Source of the DNA: Perna viridis
Taxonomy: Eukaryota
Length of the DNA: 64,000 nt
Assembly: GCA_037379345.1 (NCBI GenBank)
Contig: CM074515.1
Coordinates: 8,060,001-8,124,000 of the forward strand
Direction: 5' to 3'
Shown here: positions 42,909 through 57,900 of the stretch, piece by piece
How positions within the stretch are numbered: the first letter of the stretch is position 1
Layout: every line of letters starts with the position of its first letter
The notes under the pieces: generated by a model
What the model was told of the DNA's origin: nothing
The model's database searches: none
What the model saw: only the letters and a program-made list of their open reading frames with translations
Translations under genes and position numbers: made by a program

Positions 42909-45900
42909 CTGTAAATAAAAAAAGAAAAAATTCTATGTGTCTCAATATTTTCATACATTAAATCATGTATCTCTTGCATAAGAAATTCTTCTCATAAATA
43001 ACAGAATTCAATGGTCAATACAACCGCTTCAGTAACAAATCTCATAATTAGCAAACAATGGTTTTTTTTATTTGTTTAAATAACAGAAAAATAAAAACTT
43101 TGACATTTTACTTTCAAAAGGCAATACTCTGTTAATGTTTCAAAAATTAACTTAATAAATATATACAGTCCTTCATTTATAACCCAAGTTTGAATGAGGT
43201 TCTTCATAAAAAGAACAGGATATTGACAAGTGCACATATATACAAAGGGCAATATAGAATTCCCTTTCCATTAGCTGCAAAGAAAGATACACAGATTTTT
43301 TTTCATGTTTTACCGTGTTTGAACTGGGTGACCTGAAAAACCTATATACATGAGTTATTCAAAACAGTGACAAAATCACCCCTTTCAAAGATTAATGAAT
43401 GTGCCTACAAAACATACTTAGTTTTAACATTAGACTTTGTTATTTCTTTGATCAATAATAGCTTTGTATTAACACAAATCAGTGTGTTTTATTACCTTCG
43501 ATCTAACTATGTCTGCCCACTTAGAGTCTACATCATAAGCAGGATTTTTTTCCAACCATTCTGTTAAGTATTTCAAAGGTGGGGCTTTAGCACCAGTTAT
43601 CTACAGTACACAATTTTTCAGAAAATTCAAATTTATTCAAATAAATTATTCAAGACTTATCAGCAGCTTTGTTAGTAAACAGGTTATAATAATTCATCAC
43701 CAAACCTTTATCAGTCAAATCTCATTAAGATATGGGTGATGTCACGACCTTTAACTCCTAATTCATATAAAAGAGTCCTTTAAATATGAGTTTTACACTA
43801 CTGTAATATGATAAGAATATAGTGGAAATTATATTACATATTGTTATAGTAAAATTAAACCGGAAAAAAAACCCTGCCATTTCATTTTCTTACCTTTTTA
43901 CCAGTTAATCTATTTACAACGGAGACATTTTCTTCTCCTGTCATTTTCAAGGGGTCAATCATGGATGGATCTAAGCGAGATTTCCTGCGCCTAGGGGTGT
44001 CCTAAAAATAAAAACCAAATTTATAAGTGTTAGTTTTCAGAGTAAACCTAAGGCCAACTAATATAATTTCTTAGTTCCCTGATGTCAATTTCACAAAAAG
44101 TCGCAAGTGTAAAGTCAATCATAAGTAATGACGTCACAACCTACAATAGCATTGTGACGTCATAACTTACGATCAGCTTCACAATTAAGACTTTTTGTGA
44201 ATTCTATGCCAGGTCCTCCCTCAACTCTTTGGTAGATGCCTCATCTATTTTTAGCACCAATAAAAGTATTAAGATATAATGACAAGGCAAAACAAGAAAT
44301 CAGTCTCAATAGTGATACCCTCACTTTTAATAATGATATAAGGAAAAAAAAGAAGGTCCTTGGTAAACAGAAAGTTGTTGCCGAAAATGGAACCCACTAT
44401 ATGGCACAGGGAGAATGTGTTAAAATTTCAAACCACTGTGATGAGTGGGGTTGATAAGAAATCTGTAATGGAAAAAAACTGTTAATAATGGAAACTGGGA
44501 CAAGGGTAAAACAGTATACCTTGCTCCCTGAGCAGGGGTAATTTAAGAACCTTAGCAAGAGCACTCACATACCCCACACGTCCCCATGTTGGATACTCAA
44601 GTAAATTTATTTGTAAGAGATATACATGTAGATGGACCCCCATAAAAAAAGGAATAAGAGTGTTTTTAGACTTTAGACCTTTATCTTCTAACTAAGTTCT
44701 GTTACTCAGAATGGTAGTTTCAAACTCCAGACTGTGATTTCTTTGAGTTTTAGTTAATCCAAAGTAAATATCATCGTAGTGGAACAAAACGTACACTTGA
44801 CCTGTAATTAATTATGGTGAACTTATATACCAAAAATCATGTCAAAATCTGCAAGCCTTTAGAAAAAAAAAGTCTGAAAAACGGTTACTTCTGTGAATTT
44901 AGCTAAGTTCAAGGCCCATAATTTTGGTAAAAATCATCGGAGCGACACCAACTACAAATTTGTCCTGTAATTTATCATGTTGAATTTCTGTACTAAAAAT
45001 CATGCCAATATCTCCAAGCGTAAAAAAAAAAAGTCCGGAAACCTTTTTTCAGTTAATTTTACTAAGTTCAAGGCCCATAATTTTGGTAAAAATCATCACA
45101 GCGGAATGAAACGTACACTTGACCTGTAACATATCATGGTGAACTTATATACCAAAAATCATGTCAATATCTGCAAGCGTTTAAAAAAAAGTCCGGAAAA
45201 CTGATGATGGACAGATGTACGGACAGGTCAAAACATTATACCCTTCGCAACTTTGTTGCGTGGGGTATAAAAATACAAACGTAGTCGTGTAACTTTTTCA
45301 AAGTTGAAGTAATTGGAGCAGCAACTCCTACTTAATTTAATACCTGACTCACATCAAACATGATATCTTCTTCATCACAATCTGCCACCATAAAGCCAGG
45401 ATGGTCATCTAACCATTTCTCCAGATCTTTTCTTTGTGGAGCTTCATCTCCTGATAGCCTACTGCCATCTTCTAAATTGATTACAGGAACTCGAGAATCT
45501 TAAAATAAAAACATTTCCCATATTTACCTAAGAAAACAATGATGCACAGAAACCAAAACCACTTGAGAAGTAAAAAGAAAAGAACACTGAGGGTAAAGTA
45601 ACTTAGATACAACTATAAAATAAAATGCAGGGACAAAGCATCAAAGTCAGGCTTGATGCATTTTTTTTTTAATCTTTGATGGTTATCAAATTTGATTTCG
45701 CAATGCATAGGTTTCTGACACAGAAATTGGGCCAAAAACTATAATTCTATATACAAAATATACACTTGTTAGATTATTACTCATACAATTTGGGCCCAAT
45801 TTAGAAAAACATTTGAAAATTTTACCCACAAGAAGATTCTGTATAATAAACTAAAAAAAATGAGGCTTAAATTAAAACCATTGAAATTGGTAAAAATATA

Positions 45901-48900
45901 AGCAATTTACACCAAATTTATAAATTAATAAGTCATGTTCTTCACCCTTGATTTCAAAATGAGCCATTACCTTGTTCATCAATCTTAAAATGTCCTTAGA
46001 AAGTATGGAACCTTAACTTTTAATTTAGTACACATATAAAATTTGGTAATTTGAAGCAACAAGTATACAAAACATTTTGGCATTTATTAATTTTGGGAAT
46101 GTTATGTTGTGTTCAAAATACTTAAGCCCAGACAGGCAAGAGTTAATATTGCAGAATTTGTTTTGGAATTTCTAGTCGGCCAAAAAAATCAGCATTTGGG
46201 AAAAATATCCAATGTCAGTATCAGAGCAATAATTCTATAGACAAGCTCCATTAACATATAAACATTACCTTCCCTAAACAAGATCTCAAAAACATACCTT
46301 GATCAAACCCTGTTGCTGACTTTGCATGCTGTCGCTTGGCCAAAGCTTCTGCCATGGCCAACTCTGCCATTTTTTCAGCCTTTCTTTTTCTCCCTCGTCT
46401 CCTCCTATCAGAAAACAGCAAGGCATGCTCCATCTATAATATAAAACTAACATTTAATTCATGTATCTACTTACTTTGATACAAATTGAACTCTGCTATT
46501 TTAAAACTAAAGAAATGGTGGCAATTTCTATGTATTAATTCAATTAGAAAATATATAAACTATTGGCTGCACACCACAATATCACATACCTTTTGATACC
46601 TGGTAAATAATTCAATGTTTTTGTAAATTTACATTACAATGTATGGTACTTTAAAGAGATGGTTATACGACCACAATGCAAAAAATTGCCAAAATGGAAA
46701 ATAAACATACCGTAAAAAAATAATAAAACAGCAATGTTAATTCCAGATTTGAAAAAGTGGAGTTCCACTTTAAAGCTGAAGAAAATAAAGTATGTTTAAA
46801 ATGTTGAAAAATTTAGCAAAAGCAATTGATTCCACATTATTTTGGTTTTTTTTATGAATTTGCTTATAATGACATTTAACTAAAAGCTTCATGATATACT
46901 TAATTATAGCTCCCAATGTTAAATTGTAAAAATTGCTTTTGGAAATATCAATGTGTTATTTCCTAACTTAACAACTTTTAAGTTGATGAAACAAATTAAA
47001 GTTAACTTCTCCATATTTGGTACTATCTAGTTCAATACCAATTTAATTAGGCAATAAGACTTCAACTATGGACATAAAATTCCCTTACAACCTGATACAC
47101 TAGAAAATCATTAACAGTATTTTGAAGGTACATAAACAGAGTTTACTACAAGATATTAGAGAATCAGTCAAAGTCACTAAGTGATTACTAAGGACATGTT
47201 CACACTGCAATCAAGATTAAAATGTGATTTTAATTAGACTGGATCAAGTTGTTGCCAATTAATTTTAAAAGCAATTACATTTTCTATTTAACTTGCATTC
47301 TTTTCTATTACATAGTAGACAAGTGACTGACTGACTGATTTTCAAAATATTCACTAAAATTTGCACATGTGAAATGTAAATTCTCCTATTCATGCTATGC
47401 CAATTTGAAAAAAAAAATCAGAGAAATTACAAATAACAAATTATGTCAAAAAGGAATGCCTAAGTTCTCATGTATCTTTAAAATAATAATGTTTTTACCC
47501 CTTCCTAAAATAAAAAAAAAAAACAACAAAAACAAACAACATCTGTTTTTTTTTTATCTTTTTGTTGAAAATAATACAGCTAGGTTATATCTGTGCTTTG
47601 TTTTACTCAGGATTCAATTAAGGCTAAGGCTGGTAGTATGAAGATAGTGTGAACACTTTTTGTTCTGGTTTACTCAGAATTCAATTATGGCTGGTAGTAT
47701 GAGGATAGTGTGAACAGTTTGCAGTCTGGTTTAACATTAATCAGGATTACATAAAGTGTGAACTGCCCCTATTTCTAGTATTGAGTGAATATTGGCAATA
47801 AATGTAAATAGAACATGAAGAAAAATATTTCAGGAACTACAAGTCATTTTTTATTAAAAACTATTCTGTTTGGGGAAATAACTACATGTGTTATGAAAAA
47901 AGAAGTCAAATGAGCCAAACAACTTGACTTCTCCAATAATCCACCCAAAGAAAATTACTTTTTAACCATCCACATAAAAAATCTTACTAACTTACCATAC
48001 TTCTTTGGAGAAGTATAGGGTCAAAATCAGAACCCACTCCATTGGAAAGTAAATCAGCTGGAGTCTGTTAGAAAAACAAAAGTGCCCAGTGCCCATTAGA
48101 TCAACAATCACAGTTTAGTATGGTGATATTAGTTTTCAAAACTATCGACTGGAGTATATGTGATACATATGGAGCTTTCAGCATATGTCTTTTTTTAACA
48201 AATATTAAAACATTTCAAATAGTTAAAAGGAATAATATTAAGCCTAACCATGAATTCCAAAAAAATGAGCTCGAATTGTTAAGTCACATTTCCCCAAATG
48301 AACAGTAATTGAGAAAGAAACTATACTGAAGAATAACTAATGTGAATATTTAAGACGGTGTAAGTTTATTTAGATTTTTTTTCATTTTCTGTTCTTTAAA
48401 ATTTGACAACTTGAGAAGGAAAGCAAATTTCAGTATTTTTAAAGTTCTCTTAATACAATGACAACAACAAGTAACTTTTCTAGATATAACATGAACAGTG
48501 TAAAATATGTAATGAAAAAAAAAAACAACAACAACAAAGGAAATAATTCATATAAAAAAAGAAGTACCTTCCTGGTGAAAACAGAATTTCAAAAAAGCAA
48601 AAATTAATTCACTTCAAATATCACAGCAAAATTAGGCAAAACTTGATGACAGTGATGGCAATGAAACTAATGATGGTATTAAAGGATGGCTAATGATGTG
48701 ATGCTTGAATGGTTCAAAGGTCAGCACAATTAGGTCATAGCTAAATTAGTCTGAAAAATTTTGAACAACTACAATCACTCCAAGTATTCATCAAGTAACA
48801 AATTGCCTAATGATTATCTGAGTATACGATACAAACCAAATTTCATCAACTTTTACTCCCATGTGTCATTTAATCATTTTTTTTATTACAGAAGCATTGA

Positions 48901-51900
48901 AGCATCACAGAAACAATTGGTGTAATGGGAACTAAAGCTACACACACTTTTACTAGCAGTATCAGAGAGAAAATAAACATGCTTAGTTCAAAAGAAAGAA
49001 TAATATGCATCTGATTATATATAATAAACAGAAAGAGTATATTCAAGATTCATAATACTTTTGTCCTGAAAGCACATTTGCATGCAGAAACAACACTACA
49101 GAAGATGGGCATATTTTGTAAGTCATGAGTGCTAGAACTGACGATATATTTTTTTAATTTTAGAAGATCAGTGGAGGGATTAAAGCCTGTCGCAAAAATG
49201 TGAATTCTAAGTGCTCAAACACCCTCATGTTTAAAGTGAAACACATGATCTTCTCATTATCATCTTCTAACTTGCACTCTTCACGAATTTCTACATATAT
49301 TATGTATGCTTACAGGAATATAAATGGTGTCCACAAAATTAGGTTGGACATTAAATTATTTGATTAATTAAATCTCTTTCAATGGTTTGATTTTTTCGAT
49401 ACTTTATTAATATCCTTACTACTAAATATTAATGTAAATAAAATAAATGACTTGTGTATACATATTTTGTTCTATTTGCATGAAGAAACTATCTCTTTCA
49501 TTTAAGTAAATGAATCCATAAGATTATAAAACAGAATCACAAAAGTCCATCTACATGTAGTGTGTACTTCACAACAAATCATGCATTCTGATGTAGAAAA
49601 CAGAAGAAGCTATTGAATTTCATAGAAACAGTAACAATGACAACAAATTTTCTGTAATATGTGTGTAGCTATAAATAGACAAACCTGTGAAAAGAAATAA
49701 TGATGAGGTGAATGTCGTGGGGAATGTCCAGCTACCTGAGATCGAGGAGTCAAGGACTCTGATTGACTGTCGTTGTCACTAGATGCTGCTGACTGGTTTA
49801 ATAAATGGGCCATTCTCCCTACAAAATAAATTATGGCTGGATTGATTAGGAATATCTATGTATTTTGTTATTTAGTCAGTTAAATTTAAATCATTTACAT
49901 TGCGAAAAATTTCTATAACGGCTAACTTGAGAGTTCTGATTGCCAAAACATGAACAAGAGTTGAATCATAAGAACAAATGTCACAATTCTATTACAGCTG
50001 AATTAATTTCCATACTAATAATGCCATTGGTTTTTACATAATGCAACCTTTAAAAAACTAGAAGACTTGTCAAACAAATAATGCCATGATTTCTGAATCT
50101 TGAACTATAAACATTTTAAACTAACATGAAGGTTACCGTCTTCCTCTTCACCAAAACAAGAATTTAAGTCCTTGTGATGTTTCTAACGGGACAGAAAATG
50201 ATATATACCACGTTGTGTTATCTAGACTCTGTAACACCCCATAAGAACTTTCACAAATATTTAAAATTCAAAGAAAGATAACTCTAATCAACAAGAACAA
50301 CAACAAAAAAAAGAAATATAGGAGGTAAAAACAACTTAATTGCCTGAACTTTTGAATTCATAATCCAATCAAAACAGAAATCCAAACTTGATCTGTATTT
50401 CATGATACTCAATAACTATACAAAATCTGAAAAAAATCCTTCATAATTTTCTTAAGTTATCATCTTGAAACTGTAGAAGACAGACGATGGAAGGATGGAC
50501 TGAGGGACAGGCAACTTTTTGGAGGGCATCACGTACCTCACCACTTCCTGTGGCGGGATATAAAAGTTTCACTATACTTCTGATGACAGTAAATCTGTAA
50601 AGCTACACTACTTCTCATTTCTAACTGAGTTTCTCATGTGAACCTTTTTTTTATTTCAAACTTACCCTCTAACTTTTGTTCTTTACGTTTGTGGAATGTC
50701 ATTTTCAATCCATCACCCTGAATAATTAAAACATACTGATTATATCCTTACTCCTAAACAGAACTAGTAAAACAAATAAAACATGTTTCTCGAATTTTGT
50801 TTGTGTAAAGTAACAGGTATACACAACAATGATAGTGAAAAAAATACTTTAAGCAAATAAGATATATCTGAGAAGAATTCTTGATGGCAATAGAATAAAA
50901 ATACTTTTCCTGGTTTCCATATTTGCCTTTAATCACAGATTTATGATGACTTTGCATTAAGATGCGATATTATTGAAATAATCATATTAAAAAATCATTA
51001 CACATTATTAGACAGTACCTTAACATAAGAAAAAAAAACATCATTAAGTATTGTGAAAAAGCACATCAACCAACCAACACTAAATCAAAATAAGAATCTT
51101 GTAAATCTGATTCAATTTTCTTAATATCATGCCATAGATGTTTCATAAAGAGAGGCAAATAAAACAGAACATTCACTAAAACAAGAATGAAAGTACTTGA
51201 AGTTATTCTTTGACACTACGTTTAAAAGCTTCCATTGCTAATAATTAGTAAAACTATGAGATAAAAGACAGCAGATAGAAATTTAGCTATAAAAATACTT
51301 GTAAGAAATTTTCTTTAATAACTATTAACCATCCATTGAAGTTAAAAGAAAGGATTAAATGTGATTTTCAAACAAAAAATGAAAAGAAAAAGTTCCAAAG
51401 AGCAAGACGATTTTCAGTAGATCTGAAAAGCAAACTTAAGTGAAAGAGGAATGCTGTAAGGGTATATAAAATGGTTATTTCTGTCCCAAGCCAGTGTACG
51501 TTATAAATGAGATCACAGCATCAACCACACCCAAATTCCTGTTCTCTACCTCAGATAACTGGACCTCAAAGTCCTTATCAATATCACCCCTGTTCACCTT
51601 GATCCCATCATATATAGAATCTCCAGCATCTGATTGGCTAAGATCTGGGTCATCCCTTGGTGTCAGGGATCCAAGTGGAGTAGCACTTCTTGAGTCATAG
51701 TTCATTGGAATGTACGACATTCTCTTAGGAAAGGGCCATTCCCCGGTCTCTATGCAGTAACATATATGTTCAAGTCGATGGAAAATTACCCTGTCCTAAA
51801 ATACAAAAACAAAATACTTTTTTTAGCGCAGTTATATACAGAATGACTGATGTAAGAATGTAGTCCCGCATGAATGAAAAAAAATGGAGAACCTGTGTAT

Positions 51901-54900
51901 GATTACTTTTTCCAAATTAACAATTTATACCATACATGTGGCAGCAGTCTATATACATGTATTAATTGAAAGTACATTTTACATGCTGCATTAATGAAAT
52001 ATTGGCATGATTTAGTACCTTTGGCCATTGAAGGAAATCACTAGGGATAGCAGGAGGTTTGCCCTCAAAATTATCATCGTCATTAATTAGTTTCTGCAAC
52101 TCCTGAAATGTAAAAAAAAAGTTTCACATTGAGAGTAATGCAATAATCAATTAAATAAAATGTCAATAGCTGTCTATGTGAAAGCTGAAGTCATTTTATC
52201 CGAAAACAGATTTTTATTCTTGTTTTACAATTTACCTTTAAGAAGTCTAACCATTTTATTTTATATTCAATGCCAAACTTACCACATCTTCCTTTGAGAA
52301 TTTTTCTCCATCTTCTGTTGAATTATTTTCCTTCTTAATATGCTCTTTGCCATTTTCCTCCACCCCAGGGTCTTGTTCCACTTTGATTTCTACTGGTAAA
52401 GAATCAGGTTTCTCTACTTTCACTTCATCTTTAGAGGTTTCAGCATTATCAACTTCTGCCTCAATCTTGACTTTATCAGGACAGGTCTCTTCTTTAACCA
52501 AGAGATCAACTCCTTTCTCTTCTGTGACAACACCTTCTTCCTCCAGCCTGACACTATCAGCTTTCTCTTCTTCTTGTTTGACACTTTCCATGCTTTCTTT
52601 TTCCTGTTGGAAATCCTCTTTCTCCTTTTTGACATTTTCCATATCCTCTTTCTCAGTCTTAACACTTTCAGCATTTTCTGTATCGGACACATCATGTTCA
52701 ATGTCTGTAGCCTCATCGTCTTCATTTACACCATTTTCCTGTATATTATCACCTTCAGATTTATCCTCTGATTTCACATCATTTTCTATTTTCACTTCAG
52801 ATTTAATATTAAGTCTATCAGGACTATTGTTTTTACTTCCTGGTTCTCCATCAGATTTGTTTGATGGATCTTCCTTTTCACCCTTCGCATCAGATTTCTG
52901 GGATTCCTTCTTGATTTTTTCTATCATTGCTTTGATTTCCATTTCTGTTTCCTCCTCTTTATCTAAAATGGGGAAATAGTGAAATAGAGCTGCACCATGG
53001 GTGTTTGATATGCCTGTTGGCTGAGCAAGAAAATAAAAAAAAAATGTCTCCCTGTTTTTATGGAAAAAAGCCAAAATCAAAAACATGAAATTGAAATTTT
53101 ACAGATAACGGAAAGGAGACTATGACCATGGAAAAAGAATATCTCAAAGTCTCATGGCCTTAGCTGAATGATTTTTTCTGTTAGAACACAAAAATGGAAA
53201 AAAAAACACATCACCTTTGTTTTAAAATGCTAAAAATTGAAAACAAGAAATTAAAATTTTATAGAAAACAAAAGGAAGCCTATGAAGAAAGAACATCTTT
53301 AAGTTTCAAGGCACTAGCTGTAAGGGTTTTTCAATAAGAGCGTGAAAAAGGAAACACCACCTCCCATTTTTTTAAATGCAAAGAGTCATATAACTCAAAA
53401 ACTAAATATTTAAAATTAATGTAAAACTAAAGAGAGCTTTCTTTCATCAATATGAACAATTTACCAAAGTTTTTTTAAATGGCTTAAATTGTTTTAGAGT
53501 TCTAGTACAAAGTGTTGACAACGTAGGGACAGCAGTGGGCGTCTAAAAAAACTCAACAATAAAAATGTACATTTCAAACCAGCTGTACGAAGGAAGTAGT
53601 GTCACATCATGACTAGAAATATGCTTGAAGATATTTCTTTTAAATAAATTATTTATTTTACTTGCGATGTTATTTTTTCATTTTCACAAGTCAGCAGGAT
53701 CAATGTTTATTCATGAGATGCAAAAGAATTATACATACTCTTTACTTTACCAGGAGTCTGATTAACTCCAGGTGACTGCATAAGATGAGGTGAATTCACG
53801 TATGGACGTTTGTTTTTGAACACATCTTTGAAAGACAGTGCTGGGTCATTTAAAATAAATTCATCAGTCCTTACAACACCATGTCTGAAAAAAAAACTCA
53901 TACAATGAAAGCTCAGTAAAAAACAGACTACATGCATGTTGCTAGAAGACAGGATATTTTTACATGTGGAAATAACTTTTACTCAGTTGTGCACCTTCAC
54001 AAATCCCTACCCAGTACAAAATGATCAATTATGAATCATTCACACATTTTTATGCCTTTATCAAGTATATCAACTGTATAGGAACCATCAATGGGAAATC
54101 AAACCATTTTTACATGTTTTAAGTTAGCTTTAGAACCATACCTAGCAGCTCCTCTCAGTAGATCCCTGTCATGTTTACCACAGATCCACCATGACGGAAG
54201 ATCATATGATGTTTGACACAACTTGATTCTCTCATCTAATTTGGGATGTGCTAAAGTCTCCGTACGTATCTTATTGAGGAGATCAATCCTGGCAAGAGAT
54301 CGACTAGCTCTTTCTTCTGTGATAGGTTCCACATATATATTGTTAGGAGGTAGGGCTATTAAGAAAAGGAAGAAAGTATGTGCACATAAATTAAAATCAA
54401 CTTAATCCTGAATTTTTTTAAAATATTTTCTTGCATACTTAAAATGTCCAATTATAAAACAAATAAGCATATTTTATGAAGTGGTTCTTACAATAAATGA
54501 AGTGATACTATAACAGCTACTGTTTTTAACAGGCAATAATAGTTACTTTGAGGTAACAACATGTTCTATATTTATCTCATTCTACATATATTGTACTTCA
54601 GTTATATTGGTTCAAGTGCCATCATAGCTAACATTTACGAAATTCATAATAATGCACATCAGGTATTCTTCTATAGAATAGTTTTTGTTTGATCACTTAC
54701 CATCATCATCATTTTTAAACTTTTTACAGACTCTCATACACATATGGTAGAAAGCTTGAAAATATTCTGTCAAGGTATCATCATGTTTCTTCTCGAGTCT
54801 TGCTAATGACCTGAATCTATCCCACTTGTACCTTCCTGTAAACAGGTCAAACTCTACACCAAATGTTGATATGATTCTGTAGAAATCAGATTCTTCTCTC

Positions 54901-57900
54901 CTTGTCCAATGGCTGAAAATACAACAATTATTTGATATATAGCTTTTTATTAGTTAATACAAAGATGTCTATTGTGTAATTCATTTTCCATTTCTAATTT
55001 CATTGGTGAACATAAATTATCTTCCTCTTTTTAGTACTTCTCTCACAATTATAAAGTCATTCAAAAGCACTAAAAATCAAGATCTTATCAAGAAAAGAAG
55101 ACTCTAATGATCCACAATATGACAATGAGCTTCTTCCATAAGGTGTCTAGGGAAGACCAGATCAAAACATGCAAGCTAAATATACAACTTCAGCCATTAA
55201 ATTAAAAGTATTTGATCACAATACATTTAGATATACATAAACAGCATGCAAAATTGAAAGTACAAATAGGACCATATCTTGATTCTAAGTGTTCTGTCAG
55301 AAATACTGCGAAATCACTAAACTCATAAGACTTTCCAACCAGCACACCTGGTAATAGGAGGTCTTCAGTATTAGCATGGCAATTCATCATGAACACTCGA
55401 GGTTGATAAGAAAAATTTCAGACTAACTCTATAGAATGTAGTTGGCAATAAATATTTTGTATTCATTTTTCAACCCAAAAATTCCACAAATGAAACCATA
55501 GACATTAATAACAAAAGTTGGATAAAACAAAAGATTGGATGCCAAGCACTTGTAGCAAATGGATAGACTGTCATAAGTTTGAAGAATAAAGCATGTTCAA
55601 AAATTTAAACCCATCACAACATATACAGATATTATTGACAATATTGGAATTAGCATTATAAAAAAATATACAGCCATCAGAATAAATGTAAAGCCACACA
55701 CCGTAAACTGAAAAGAAAATGAATGTTACGATTCATGCATATTCTGATATCATACCTTTCCCATAATCCGAAAAAACTGTCAAATAAATAGGAAAATATT
55801 ACTTGCAATGACTGAAAGTTTTTTTTTCCGGTAAGTTTAACGTTTGTTTTGTATGATATTGTAAAATGAAGATTCAAGTGCCAAACCATATAACTGATTT
55901 ACAGGGATGGTTTTATGAGGTCATCAAACAAAGCGGAAATTGGTAAAATTGGAAATAAAAAAACAGTAAAAAAAGGAATCCAGATTTCAATTAGCGGAAT
56001 TCCCCTAAAAAGTGGAAAAATATCAACTCTAGATTTACAAAACATACAAAACTACTTTAATCAGTATGGTAATTTGCACCCTTGAAAAAAATTGTTTAAA
56101 ATTTCAGGTGTATGTTGGTATCTAACAAATGATGACAAACAGTAAGGAAAATTGTGAAATTTAACAAATATGCTTAGATCTTGAAAAATACCAGACCAAA
56201 TATGACACCATTTCATGTATTTCAAGGAGAACAGCTGCTAAACCTTGAATTTGGAAAAGTTAAACAAAGATATGACCTTCATTTCATGATCAGAAACCTA
56301 ATAATACTGAAGGTCAAACTGTTCCCTGAAGCCAATTTACTAAGTACCGATAACCCAACCCTACAAAATCATCATACCCTGTTTAATAAGTAGTATGAAT
56401 GAACTACAAAGGCAGGGAAAAGACAAGAAATGTAAAATATACCTCTGTTGATACTGAATTTTTTCATCTTCTTTGTATCTATTCATCATGTCATACCTTT
56501 CTCTTCTCTCCATTCTCTGTAAACCATACAGTATCAATATAGCCGCACAATAACAATAACAAACATATGGAAAATTATCAACTGTTAATAAACTCAATTA
56601 TGTTAGTTTACATATGTAAATACACAAATCATTTAGGTTTGGATTTAGAAATATAGTTGGTGGAGTTCAATTCTGAAACCATTCTATTTTCAAGAGCTTA
56701 GCAGTGTGCACTTCTGTAAAACAAGCACTACTTTATTTCGGATGCACAGACATATGACATATGTATGGACTGATATATGTATGAACATACCCTAGCTCTC
56801 TGAGCATCCTTTAACATTTGTCGTTTATGATTCCGTTGAAAGCTAGTGATGATTCTCCTTATACGTGTATTTAGATCTGACATGGATGGCCAGGGTAGTT
56901 TTTCCTCATCATCACATTCCATAGCAGATGGTGTGGAAAGGTCTTTGGCAGCATTACTGTTCTCCTGACTAGAGAGAACGGATGTACAGGTATCCTCATC
57001 TTCATCTTTCATCACACTGATATTACCTTTAGTATCATCTAAATCTTCCCTATAATCATTGATTTTTTTTTATTAATGAAAATACTCATTGCAAATGTCT
57101 CTTCACTTACATTTTCTCATTTTAATCCCATATATGAAAAATCCTACATCAATATTGTCTCAGGGCATAATCTAGGCGCCAAAATGGAGATTTTAGTTGC
57201 CAAGAATTTTTAAAAGTAGTTAAAAGTCGCCAACTCGTGTTCTTTTAAGAGAAGTGAAGTCGCTGTACAATTTGACCAAAGAGAGATAACTCTAGCCCTT
57301 CCAGGTAATAAACAACCAAATTAGCGGCAATTTGCGTAACGAAGAGAAAACATAAATTGGAAGAAGTTCACATAATTTTTGTCAGTTCCAAGCAATCCAG
57401 GGAATATTTCACCCATTCTAACGACTTGGATAATGGATAAAACCAGCAGTACTTATTTGAATGAAACTTATTCAACTTATTGAGTTCAAAATCAAAGGAA
57501 AACAATCACAAAAGGTAAGGTACATGTACATTTTGTGTTCCTTGATTAAATTTGTAATTTGATGACAACAATTAATTTATTTACTCAATGAGAGACTCTT
57601 ACAGTGATTTCAATGGTTTTAAAAAACAATTAATAATTGGTAGGTTCAGCTTGGATCACAGTTATGTGTATGAGTGCATGTGGGTTCGAAGTGACACTTT
57701 GTTTTGATAAGGCAAAAATAATGATTATTAAGCTAACTATTATCATTTATAATCCCACTTAACAATGTACATATACATGCATGTCTGTACAGGTTGATTT
57801 GTGTCCCTACGTGGGCGCCATTTGTATTATAAGAAACAAGTTCTCAATGACAATCTGATCACTTACTATATTCAATTAAAGTTACTTATTATACATGAAC

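Noticed and set aside
52347-52979. 210-aa Ser-rich plus-strand ORF
   Set aside because: Antisense shadow of the Glu/Lys-rich CHD exon.
55301-55320. Second (D-box) guide of the SNORD8-like RNA against 18S ACUGCGAA
   Set aside because: Only about 8 bp and not properly spaced from box D.
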